Source: a bacterium (GTDB lineage Bacteria; UBA8248; JACPRG01; G963555815). Taken from it: a DNA stretch of 64,000 bases. Made by a program: the position numbers and the translations under genes. The stretch covers positions 4,640,001 through 4,704,000 of the forward strand of contig OZ244653.1 of NCBI GenBank assembly GCA_965218795.1, in the 5' to 3' direction. The notes beneath the pieces are model-generated. The model was given only the letters and a program-made list of their open reading frames with translations. It was not told the DNA's origin and did not search any database. Position 1 is the stretch's first letter. Every line of letters begins with the position of its first letter. Of the stretch, positions 20,601 to 29,612 are shown piece after piece.

Positions 20601-21169
20601 CTCTGGTGCGCCAAGCGGCCCGGTTCCAGGAACGTTCCGAGGTTGCCCGCGTCAGCCTGACCGCATCGAGCGAGAGTCTGCCGGCAGGCGAGTACCCGTT
20701 CGCGCTTTACCGCTGGCGCAAGGTCGGGGTGCGAACCGACGAAGCGCTGCTCGCGATCAGTACCGAGCCGGCAATGGACGACGCCATCATGTCATTGCTG
20801 GAGGAGGCCGGCGACGCGCGCGCTGAAATACGGGATGCCGATGAAGCCCTGGATGCGCTCGATCATCGGCACCATGACGAATGGAGCGTCGCGCGAGCGA
20901 ACCACGTGGCGGAGAACCGGGAGTTGGTCCAGCATCGCCTCCAAAGCCTGAAGGTCAGCCATCAGGCCCGATGCAGGCTGCTTGAGGACCAGGTTCAACG
21001 AGCGACCGATGACAGGATTCGCCGCATGAAGGAGTCCGAGCTGGCGAGAGCCGGATATGACTGCGAGCGGAGGGTTGCGGAATTGGAGGAAGCGGCGAAC
21101 AGCGCGGACATTCACGCTACACAGGTTGTGTTTGGGATGCTCACCGTGACCATGAGCGACATGAGATGA
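17675..21169 (+). CDS. SNF2-family helicase with N-terminal Swt1-like HEPN domain
   Basis: HEPN RxxxxH (RNKWAH); LIADEVGVGKT, DEAH, LTATP, GGEGLDFQ, EQRIGRIDRYGQ. The frame is open upstream to 17537; the likely native ATG at 17569 is one base out of frame. Confidence 0.88.
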   Translation: MSFQQQRTVRERELTTLEQLDFAALLRVLDQNWHELSQVLSLPREGRTWVKELQTVRNKWAHLSAQTMEASEVYRDADTLGRLLDMLGAAPESAAAVEAAKTDALASMATARGVMAGSSEPAEGTGEPAVEETAQGGGSGSSGPPETMFQVGSLVALRSDPAIVMPVIEVVPSGAECRYRVFQDTRKVTYYESQLRHPEQTEEAQPRPSAADLRAYLTSLHLLSPSTANLHSLRSGRIQFVPYQYRPVLKLIRADRPRLLIADEVGVGKTIEAGLIIKELRARMDISSVLVICPKALVSERKWFVEMKRFDEHFTALDGPMLRHSLRETHLEGEWPDQYAKAIVPFSLFDSDLLFGKDREGRLKSEGLLALDPPPKFDLVIVDEAHHIRNPETYLHQGVRYFCDNAQAAIFLTATPVQLGSEDLFTLLNALRPDLVIDRPSFEQMAAPNRSINMAVQHCRSAKEDWQGQARACLDEAAQTQWGSLFVRESPAFQNIYDRLGGEQVDDADRIGIVRSLEELYTFSPMINRTRRRDIGEFTTRRPETLTTEFTPEQQRLHDDLIDVVARILAFAHGQQNVKFMMTTIRRQAASCLYGLAPLLRSILAGKLDGLETMEAGDVEGEADLGFLAEARSDIEALLERADSLDPRDPKVDAFVQVLRDKSRMANNKALVFSTFRHTLAYIARHTEDAGLRYGLVHGDVADEERADLRRRFALPKEDPDALDVLLSSEVGGEGLDFQFCDLLINYDLPWNPMRVEQRIGRIDRYGQQSEAVAVVNLVTPGTVDADIYERCLLRIGVFQHAVGGSEEILGEITREIHDVAESFTLTAEERAQRLQQLGDNGIRQIQEEQALEEKQAELFGLTVPKQSWRQEIEAAESFWLSPSALQRCVSTYLSGLMETGGEFFLGEKPLKTLRLNQGARAKLLEDFKRQPRSTDPVARQWEKWLKGTGPMLSVTFDQETTAAVPDAVHLNGLHPLVRQAARFQERSEVARVSLTASSESLPAGEYPFALYRWRKVGVRTDEALLAISTEPAMDDAIMSLLEEAGDARAEIRDADEALDALDHRHHDEWSVARANHVAENRELVQHRLQSLKVSHQARCRLLEDQVQRATDDRIRRMKESELARAGYDCERRVAELEEAANSADIHATQVVFGMLTVTMSDMR

Positions 21170-23049
21170 GCGTCATTGAAGAAATCCGTCGAAGGAGAGA
21201 AAAGCTTCTCGATGCCTTGAAGACGAATCCTGAGATTCAGATTCGCAAGGTGGTCGAGGACATATACCCCGATCGAGTACATTTCATATACGAGCTTCTC
21301 CAGAACGCCGAGGATACGGGCGCGTCCGAGGTCAGATTCGATCTCTCCGAAAAGAAGCTTGTGTTCGAACACGATGGGCGGTCCTTTGATAAAGCGGACA
21401 TCGAAGCCATTACGGGTATAGGCACCGGAACCAAGAAGGACGATGGCGACAAGATCGGCCGTTTCGGCATCGGATTCAAGGCGGTCTTTGCCTATACGGA
21501 GACGCCGCGCATCTGGTCGCCGACGTTCAGTTTCGAAATCTCGGACTTGGTGTTGCCGAACGAAATTGAATCAGTTTCTTCACTTGGTGGAAAGACGCGG
21601 TTCGAGTTCCCGTTCGACTCCCCGAAGAAGCCGGCGTCGGATGCATTTCCAGAAATTCGGGATGGACTCGAAGGAATATCGGAAACCACGCTGTTGTTCC
21701 TCTCCCATATCGAATCGATTCACTGGCAAGTAGATGGCGGTTCGGAAGGACGCTTGTTGCGAATCTCGCACCCCGATCATCACGTTGAGATACTGAGGGA
21801 GAGAGATGGCAAGGCGACGAAAAGTTCGCACTTCCTCCGATTTACGCAACCCGTCGAGGGACTGGAACTGCAACACGTCGCCATCGCGTTCGCGCTCGAA
21901 GCGTTACCGGCCGCAAGCAGATTCGACGCGGCCAAGCCCTTGGCGAAACAGTTCCGAATCGCACCGGTCGTGCCGGGGCGCGTCGCGGTTTACTTTACCG
22001 CCGAGAAGGAGACGTCGGGACTGCGTTTCCATCTCCATGCGCCCTTCGTGCCCGAACTCAGCCGCGCCAGCATCAAGGACACGCCGGCGAACGAACCGCT
22101 GTTTCAGCAGTTGGCGGAGCTTGCGGCGCGTTCCCTGTTTGCGATCCGCGATCTCGGTTTTCTGAACACCGATTTTCTCTCGGTGCTGCCGAACCCGAAT
22201 GACGTTCTCCCCGACAGATACGAATGCATACGCGATGCCATCGTCGATGAGATGAATGAGCAACCGCTGACGCCCACCCATGCGAAGACTCATGCGCCCG
22301 CCACGCAACTGCTACAGGCGAGAGCGTCTCTGAAGACCCTCTTGGCCAAGGAAGATATCGAGATTCTCGTCGACTTCGAGGAGACGCCGCTTGCCTGGGC
22401 GATTGGCGCAACTCAGAAGAACAGCGACATTGACCGCTTTCTCTCTGGCTTGGCTATCAGGGATTGGGACATTAAACAGTTCGTGGAGAGGTTGGTAGAA
22501 GGGTTAAGCAGTAAGCCGAGATTTTCTCATGACGGCACAAAATTTCTTACCGAGCCTGATAAGACGTTGCTTCAGTGGTTGCGGTCGAAATCCGATGATT
22601 GGCACCAAACACTGTACGCGCTTCTCAATGGGAAAGAATCAGAGGGAGCTGCGTCCCGACTGAAGTATTCCTACATCGTTAGTCTCTCTACCGGCGATTA
22701 TATAGTTGGCAACGAATGCTACTTTCTTACGGAGGACGTTCAAGAGGACACAATGCTACCGAGGGTAGCGATCGGTACTTACACTTCGGGAAGGAACAGA
22801 AAGGAGCAGATACAGGCTAAAGAATTTCTTGAATCCATCGGCGTTCGTGAGGTAGGCGAGCGTGAACAAGTCGAGGCCATTCTCAAGCAGCGATACTCGA
22901 AAGAAGCCGAAATACCTGACAAGAAAACGCATAAGAACGATCTGAGACGCTTCATTTCGTTGGTGGAGAACGATCCAAAGGCGACTTGTCTCTTTAAGGA
23001 TTACTTTATATTTGAGCTGGCTGACGACCAATGGAGACAGCCTGCTCAG
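21166..23049 (+). pseudogene. Sacsin-like GHKL ATPase, 3'-truncated (ORF runs on out of frame to 23349)
   Basis: HFIYELLQNAED, EHDGRSF, ITGIGTGTK, IGRFGIGFKAVF, LRFHLHAPF. ATGA overlap with the helicase. After DDQWRQPAQ the DNA belongs to another gene. Confidence 0.82.
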
Positions 23050-23417
23050 GCACGTTCTGCAATAACCCCTTCGGTAACACCAGTTGCACAATCCTGCCGC
23101 GTATCGCAACCGGGCGCGACGATGCCCGGGAGACCGAACTGGCGGGAGGCAGCCTCGAGGAACTGGACCGCGAGCAATTGCCGCCCTGCGTGGACGAACA
23201 TGCCACCATCATGGCGCCGTTCGCGTTGCCGATGGTCAAGAACCATCCCTACGCGAAATCGGCCGAACAGACGCACGGTCATTTCGCCCCCACCCCTTAC
23301 ACGATCCAGCCCTATTCAGCGGCGGCCATTCCGTTCCACTGGATGCTGAAAGAGCAGGCCGAGGGCAACGAGGAGTTCGGCGTTCCGAGCAGGGCCGAGG
23401 ATCTCAAGCTGGGCTAT
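23049..23417 (+). pseudogene. 5' fragment of RecD-like helicase-nuclease (native start deleted)
   Basis: GTFCNNPFGNTSC...LPPCVDEH...HPY...PYSAAAIPFHWML...KLGY continues in frame into TAEREPDLGF after the second IS copy once the transposon and one TSD copy are removed. Confidence 0.82.
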
Positions 23418-25113
23418 CCTGGATATCTCACAAAGAAAGAGAGCCAAGCCGGTTTTTTTCGGGTAAACTCTTTTTGATCAACGGGTTGCCCGAAGAAAGG
23501 AGACCGACTTGACTCGCACACAGAGTATCGCAGAACAGATGGAATTCCAAGGGTTGGGTTCTCGGCGTGTGATCGCCACTTCCAACGGCGGGGCGATCAC
23601 CTCTGATGCGGGCGGTCTTTTGCTACGCGACACCGAGGGGCGGGTGAAGCTGATCGCAGGCTTCGCGGCCTGTTTTGAGGACGGTCGGGACGCGAGGCGG
23701 GTGGAACATGAGTTGGGGGCGTTGTTGCGGCAGCGGGTGTACGCGCTGGCGCTTGGCTATGAGGACGTCAACGACCACGAGCGGCTTCGCTTTGACCCGA
23801 TGCTCCAGATCCTCTCGGGCAAGCTGGAGGCCACGCGGCGCAAGGGGGGTCCGGCCCTTGCGGGCAAGAGCACGCTGAACCGTTTGGAGCGTCTTGCGGG
23901 CGATGGCGATGAGCGCTACCACAAGATCGCCTACCGAGGCGAGGCGATCGACCGGCTGTTGGTGGACAACTTCCTTCGGTCGCAGAGGCGGGCGCCGGGT
24001 CGGATCGTTTTGGACATCGACGCCACCGACGACCCGGTGCACGGCTGTCAGAAGGGGCGTTTCTTCCACGGCTATCACGGTCATTACTGCCACCTTCCGC
24101 TTTACATCTTCTGCGGGGATTTCCTTTTGTGCGCTCGGCTTCGGCCCTCCAATATCGACGCCTCCTCGGGGGTGGTGGAAGAGTTGGAGCGGATCGTTGC
24201 CCAGATTCGGGCACGCTGGCCGCAGGTGTCGATCCTGCTTCGGGCGGATTCGGACTTCTCGCGCGAGTGGATCATGGCCTGGTGCGAGGCGCAGGGGGTG
24301 GATTACGTGTTCGGCCTGGCCAAGACCTCCCGGCTGCAGGAAGCGGTGAAGGACGAGCTGGCCGAAGCGAAGGCGCGTCATCAGAGCACGGGGAAGGGGG
24401 CGCGGTTATTCCGGTCGTTTCCTCACCGGACGCTTACATCCTGGAGCCGGGTGCGGCGGGTGGTCGCCAAGGCCGAGCACCTGGCCAAGGGCGCCAATCC
24501 GCGCTTCATCGTGACTTCGCTGGACGAGGAGGCGATCGACGCGAAGCCTCTGTACGAGCGCATCTACTGCGCCCGGGGGACGATGGAGAACCGGCTCAAG
24601 GAGCAGCAGCTCGACCTGTACGCGGACCGGACGTCGTGCACGCGGATGCGCTCCAATCAGTTGCGGCTCTACCTGTCGGCGGTGGCCTATGAACTGATGC
24701 ATGCGTTGCGTCGGCTAGGCCTTCGGGGGACGGCGTTTGCAAAGGCAACGTGTGGAACGGTGCGGACGCGGCTGCTGAAGATCGGGGCGCAGGTTCGGGT
24801 GAGCGTGCGGCGGGTGCACGTGGCCCTTGCGACGGGTTATCCGTACATGAATGTGTTCTTCCACGCCTGGCGGAACCTGCGCGCGGGGCCGGAGGGAGAG
24901 CCCGCCGTCTAAGACAGATTGCAAAATGAACGCGCAGGGAGTCGAGGCAAACGTGCGTGCGGAGCCGAGCCAAATCGGCCAAAAAGCCCCTCTCACGGGT
25001 CAACTCCAACCACCCACCGGCCCTGGCATCCACCGCAAAAGCGACAGACAGGAAAAAACACTCCAATTCACACCCGATAATCCATCCGCCGAGTGGGTGG
25101 TGAGAAATGCGGG
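23418..25113 (+). mobile_element. IS1380-family insertion sequence, copy 1 (1696 bp)
   Basis: IRL CCTGGATATCTCAC; IRR reverse complement CCCGCATTTCTCAC (11/14 match); apparently identical to copy 2 at offset 4499. Confidence 0.93.
23509..24912 (+). CDS. IS1380-family transposase
   Basis: TSDAGGLLL, LDIDATDD, LLRADSDF, RGTMENRLKE (DDE triad). Confidence 0.95.
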   Translation: MTRTQSIAEQMEFQGLGSRRVIATSNGGAITSDAGGLLLRDTEGRVKLIAGFAACFEDGRDARRVEHELGALLRQRVYALALGYEDVNDHERLRFDPMLQILSGKLEATRRKGGPALAGKSTLNRLERLAGDGDERYHKIAYRGEAIDRLLVDNFLRSQRRAPGRIVLDIDATDDPVHGCQKGRFFHGYHGHYCHLPLYIFCGDFLLCARLRPSNIDASSGVVEELERIVAQIRARWPQVSILLRADSDFSREWIMAWCEAQGVDYVFGLAKTSRLQEAVKDELAEAKARHQSTGKGARLFRSFPHRTLTSWSRVRRVVAKAEHLAKGANPRFIVTSLDEEAIDAKPLYERIYCARGTMENRLKEQQLDLYADRTSCTRMRSNQLRLYLSAVAYELMHALRRLGLRGTAFAKATCGTVRTRLLKIGAQVRVSVRRVHVALATGYPYMNVFFHAWRNLRAGPEGEPAV

Positions 25114-25223
25114 CTAGGTCCACGTCCTTCATTGCCAAGTCCGAAGCAGATTCATGCCCACCTAACCGCACCTTCACACGCCTTTCGAATGCATTTGAGC
25201 ATCCCTCACTTCTGGCCGTGTAG

Positions 25224-25259
25224 GGGAGAACACCCACCGACGTATGCGGGCGTTCTCCC
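25224..25259. repeat. Stem-loop in transposon cargo
   Basis: GGGAGAACACCC-N12-GGGCGTTCTCCC (11/12 pairs). Confidence 0.55.
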
Positions 25260-25637
25260 ATCGTGAATGATGGCGTATAGCGTAAATGCTTTTTCTGTGT
25301 AGATTTACCAACAGCCGAAAGGCTGATTTTCCCAACGGCCATAAGCCTCCATCTCTGCGCTTCGTTCTATTTGTGGCCGATGAGAGTTATTACTTCCAGT
25401 TATTTGGATCATTGCATTTTTCGTTACTAATTCTTTTTTTTATTAACGCCAGTTCATATGATTGCCCTGCACAAGCACCTATGATCGGTTAAATCCCTAT
25501 CATCCAGAGAGCGGTGACCCTCGCCGAGGACATTGCAGCGGTGGAGACGCGAATCCAGACGCCGACGGGCTTTCACTGCGGCTTCTTCGCCGTTCGCACA
25601 CCATGATATACTAACCGATCTTATACGTTGGCAGGGA

Positions 25638-27305
25638 CTACTTCTTTTTGGTAGCAGGGGCCTCTTTCGCAGGGCGGGGTACCAGGCCTTGTGCCAGATT
25701 GCTCTGTCCGAGGATTGCCGCAGCACCGGCGAGTCCGCTTCCCGCGCCTTGCACCAGGACATTGGGAACCTTCACAAGTGCTGGATTCTTTACGGCAGCA
25801 GCCAGCATTTTTTCGAGCAATGCCAGTTGCAATACGCGATCCTGTCCCAGAACTTCGGCCTGGGCCCTCTGGCCGGCGGCGATTTCCAGGAGGCGAAGCT
25901 TTTCCCCCTCGCCCTGCAGCTTGGCAGCCCGTTTTCGCTGTTCGGCGACCTTCACCGCAATCTCAGCCGCAACCAGTTGCGGTTGTCTGTCCGCCCGCGC
26001 TCTCGTATTCTCGGTCTTGATCCGCTCCTGTTGCGCTTCTTGCTCTCTTTGATAGGTTCTCCTCAAAAGCTCGGCAAGCTGTTCACGTCGCCGGGCGACC
26101 AACAATTCAGGAGGAATGATGGGCTCGCCAAAACGGACTTCTCGAATAGAAAGACCTGCCTTCTGGCCTTCCGGCTGAATTCTTTTCTCCACCCGTGACT
26201 CAATTTCCGCTCGTTGCTCTTGAAGGTCCAGAACCTTGCGTCCCTTTGCGCCAACGACATTTCTTATGACGCTTCGGATCGCCGGCGTCAGAACTTTATC
26301 CTCGACCTCTTTAATCCCGCCAACCGAGGCGACGACGAAGGGAGCGTCTTCGGGTGTTACCTGGCCCAAAACCCGGAGCTCAAGCGGGACATCCCATCCT
26401 TCAATACGGGCCATGATGGCATCCACCGCATTAGGGGGAACAGGAATGTCCCGGCGTCTTTCTCTCTGAGTGATTTTCCCCTCTTGATCCACGGATAGGT
26501 CGATATAGCGCCGCAGATATCCACCTTTGTATGTCCATGCATGGATGAGGGTGCTGATGATTGTGACTTCATAGGCACGATGGTTTAAATAATACTTTCC
26601 GGGAAAGAGCGGCTCGCTCCAAACGCCGATACAGTTTTTCGAAACAAGCGGAACCGAAATGAAGGCTTCCCGTCCAGTCGTCATGCGCTTGCAATCTTTT
26701 ATCGCCTGGACGTTTGACTTGACCACGCCGACTTCGCCGGCCCGGATGCTTGTCGCATTACCCTGCTTGACCTCAAACAAATACTGATTGACGCGGTATC
26801 GTCCGGGTTTCAACACCGTCAGTTGAGGACCCTTCTGCCCTCCTTTCTTCAGGAAGTACGCCGCATCCTGAACCATCTTTACGAACTCGCGCTCCGGCCA
26901 TCTATCGGAGAGAAACTGTTCTTTTCTCAGTGAACGGCCATCTCGGGCGGTAACAAATCCGTATTTCCCCTCGGGGATCTCCAAGATGGACTTCTGCTCA
27001 ACGTCGTGAATGACGTTGAGCAAAGGTCGGAAATGGAACCCCGGAGGCAAAATCTCCGCTTGGGGGCCCTTCTCTCCGTTTGCGGCGATGATCCTCCCTG
27101 GAGGCAGAGACCTTCCAAAATAAATTTTCTTGAGGTGGCCGACCTCATCCGCACCGATATGCACGTATGAGGTGGAGAATACGAGAAACACGGCGATTAT
27201 TCCTAACACAGCTCTCAGGGCCATCCTTGAGGCTGCATCAGGAATTCTTCGAGGAACAAATACTGCGGCCACAAGAAGCACGATTGCAAAGAGCACCCAC
27301 GTCAT
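25638..27305 (-). CDS. Large SPFH/flotillin-like membrane protein
   Basis: Two N-terminal TM segments, KGPQ-LPPG and KGPQ-LKPG-Y repeats, LTPAIRSVIRN SPFH core, Glu/Gln/Ala-rich coiled coil, LVKVPNVLV; GGAGG RBS. Confidence 0.85.
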   Translation of the reverse strand: MTWVLFAIVLLVAAVFVPRRIPDAASRMALRAVLGIIAVFLVFSTSYVHIGADEVGHLKKIYFGRSLPPGRIIAANGEKGPQAEILPPGFHFRPLLNVIHDVEQKSILEIPEGKYGFVTARDGRSLRKEQFLSDRWPEREFVKMVQDAAYFLKKGGQKGPQLTVLKPGRYRVNQYLFEVKQGNATSIRAGEVGVVKSNVQAIKDCKRMTTGREAFISVPLVSKNCIGVWSEPLFPGKYYLNHRAYEVTIISTLIHAWTYKGGYLRRYIDLSVDQEGKITQRERRRDIPVPPNAVDAIMARIEGWDVPLELRVLGQVTPEDAPFVVASVGGIKEVEDKVLTPAIRSVIRNVVGAKGRKVLDLQEQRAEIESRVEKRIQPEGQKAGLSIREVRFGEPIIPPELLVARRREQLAELLRRTYQREQEAQQERIKTENTRARADRQPQLVAAEIAVKVAEQRKRAAKLQGEGEKLRLLEIAAGQRAQAEVLGQDRVLQLALLEKMLAAAVKNPALVKVPNVLVQGAGSGLAGAAAILGQSNLAQGLVPRPAKEAPATKKK

Positions 27306-27916
27306 CGCACCCCTCCTTCTAGAACGGGTTGTCGGTTCTTTGATACCAAGCGGGAATTTCCCATTTCAACTTGGACCGAATCCCCTCTGGTCTCGTTTGG
27401 AGCTTGAACTTAAATTCACCATTCCGCAGCACCCGGATTGAAACCACGTCTCGCAATTCTGATAGCAGCATGATCTTCCTTATAATTATTGGCTGTAGAT
27501 CTGAAAAGCAGCGAAATAAAAATTGGAAGGATGCGACCATCTTCCATTATGACGTAACCTTAGTCCTCGCTGGCATTAACGCACGTCTCCTTTCTTTTTA
27601 GATATCAGAAGTGCCATCTTGTTAATCGATCCCAAGCTCTCTCGATTGATTTCATGATCCTCAATCGTTATTACCGGAATTTCCCATATCAAATCCGGAC
27701 AGGCCTGTACCGACCCCTCGTTGCTGTTTAACTCAATTAGACCCCTCTCTATCCGGACCTGTCAATCCCATTTCAGGTGCCTGAAACCTTAATCGGAGCG
27801 TTATCCACCATTGAAAATCATGCCACCCCTCCGGGTAGGCGAGCCTTCCCAGCAGGTCATCTGGAAGGGACAGAACATTCACCATTTTGTCCTCGAGTGG
27901 ACTGCGCCAAGGCTAT

Positions 27917-29612
27917 CCTGGATATCTCACAAAGAAAGAGAGCCAAGCCGGTTTTTTTCGGGTAAACTCTTTTTGATCAACGGGTTGCCCGAAGAAAGGA
28001 GACCGACTTGACTCGCACACAGAGTATCGCAGAACAGATGGAATTCCAAGGGTTGGGTTCTCGGCGTGTGATCGCCACTTCCAACGGCGGGGCGATCACC
28101 TCTGATGCGGGCGGTCTTTTGCTACGCGACACCGAGGGGCGGGTGAAGCTGATCGCAGGCTTCGCGGCCTGTTTTGAGGACGGTCGGGACGCGAGGCGGG
28201 TGGAACATGAGTTGGGGGCGTTGTTGCGGCAGCGGGTGTACGCGCTGGCGCTTGGCTATGAGGACGTCAACGACCACGAGCGGCTTCGCTTTGACCCGAT
28301 GCTCCAGATCCTCTCGGGCAAGCTGGAGGCCACGCGGCGCAAGGGGGGTCCGGCCCTTGCGGGCAAGAGCACGCTGAACCGTTTGGAGCGTCTTGCGGGC
28401 GATGGCGATGAGCGCTACCACAAGATCGCCTACCGAGGCGAGGCGATCGACCGGCTGTTGGTGGACAACTTCCTTCGGTCGCAGAGGCGGGCGCCGGGTC
28501 GGATCGTTTTGGACATCGACGCCACCGACGACCCGGTGCACGGCTGTCAGAAGGGGCGTTTCTTCCACGGCTATCACGGTCATTACTGCCACCTTCCGCT
28601 TTACATCTTCTGCGGGGATTTCCTTTTGTGCGCTCGGCTTCGGCCCTCCAATATCGACGCCTCCTCGGGGGTGGTGGAAGAGTTGGAGCGGATCGTTGCC
28701 CAGATTCGGGCACGCTGGCCGCAGGTGTCGATCCTGCTTCGGGCGGATTCGGACTTCTCGCGCGAGTGGATCATGGCCTGGTGCGAGGCGCAGGGGGTGG
28801 ATTACGTGTTCGGCCTGGCCAAGACCTCCCGGCTGCAGGAAGCGGTGAAGGACGAGCTGGCCGAAGCGAAGGCGCGTCATCAGAGCACGGGGAAGGGGGC
28901 GCGGTTATTCCGGTCGTTTCCTCACCGGACGCTTACATCCTGGAGCCGGGTGCGGCGGGTGGTCGCCAAGGCCGAGCACCTGGCCAAGGGCGCCAATCCG
29001 CGCTTCATCGTGACTTCGCTGGACGAGGAGGCGATCGACGCGAAGCCTCTGTACGAGCGCATCTACTGCGCCCGGGGGACGATGGAGAACCGGCTCAAGG
29101 AGCAGCAGCTCGACCTGTACGCGGACCGGACGTCGTGCACGCGGATGCGCTCCAATCAGTTGCGGCTCTACCTGTCGGCGGTGGCCTATGAACTGATGCA
29201 TGCGTTGCGTCGGCTAGGCCTTCGGGGGACGGCGTTTGCAAAGGCAACGTGTGGAACGGTGCGGACGCGGCTGCTGAAGATCGGGGCGCAGGTTCGGGTG
29301 AGCGTGCGGCGGGTGCACGTGGCCCTTGCGACGGGTTATCCGTACATGAATGTGTTCTTCCACGCCTGGCGGAACCTGCGCGCGGGGCCGGAGGGAGAGC
29401 CCGCCGTCTAAGACAGATTGCAAAATGAACGCGCAGGGAGTCGAGGCAAACGTGCGTGCGGAGCCGAGCCAAATCGGCCAAAAAGCCCCTCTCACGGGTC
29501 AACTCCAACCACCCACCGGCCCTGGCATCCACCGCAAAAGCGACAGACAGGAAAAAACACTCCAATTCACACCCGATAATCCATCCGCCGAGTGGGTGGT
29601 GAGAAATGCGGG
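27917..29612 (+). mobile_element. IS1380-family insertion sequence, copy 2
   Basis: Same ends and sequence as copy 1. Confidence 0.93.
28008..29411 (+). CDS. IS1380-family transposase (identical protein to copy 1)
   Basis: Identical 467-aa translation. Confidence 0.95.
   Translation: MTRTQSIAEQMEFQGLGSRRVIATSNGGAITSDAGGLLLRDTEGRVKLIAGFAACFEDGRDARRVEHELGALLRQRVYALALGYEDVNDHERLRFDPMLQILSGKLEATRRKGGPALAGKSTLNRLERLAGDGDERYHKIAYRGEAIDRLLVDNFLRSQRRAPGRIVLDIDATDDPVHGCQKGRFFHGYHGHYCHLPLYIFCGDFLLCARLRPSNIDASSGVVEELERIVAQIRARWPQVSILLRADSDFSREWIMAWCEAQGVDYVFGLAKTSRLQEAVKDELAEAKARHQSTGKGARLFRSFPHRTLTSWSRVRRVVAKAEHLAKGANPRFIVTSLDEEAIDAKPLYERIYCARGTMENRLKEQQLDLYADRTSCTRMRSNQLRLYLSAVAYELMHALRRLGLRGTAFAKATCGTVRTRLLKIGAQVRVSVRRVHVALATGYPYMNVFFHAWRNLRAGPEGEPAV

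Larger units (their letters stand above)
23418..29612. mobile_element. Composite transposon: two direct IS1380 copies around 2.8 kb of cargo
   Basis: CTAT duplicated at 23414-23417 and 29613-29616; removal restores the interrupted reading frame. Confidence 0.85.

Noticed and set aside
23050-23349. C-terminal extension of the sacsin-like ORF
   Set aside because: Out-of-frame translation of helicase DNA after a deletion junction.
27319-27916. Additional small genes in the transposon cargo
   Set aside because: Only short ORFs with no recognisable motif; cannot be supported.
29350-29612. N-terminus of the 1213-aa ORF as a real domain
   Set aside because: It is read-through from the IS1380 right end; the true N-terminal part lies at 23049-23417.
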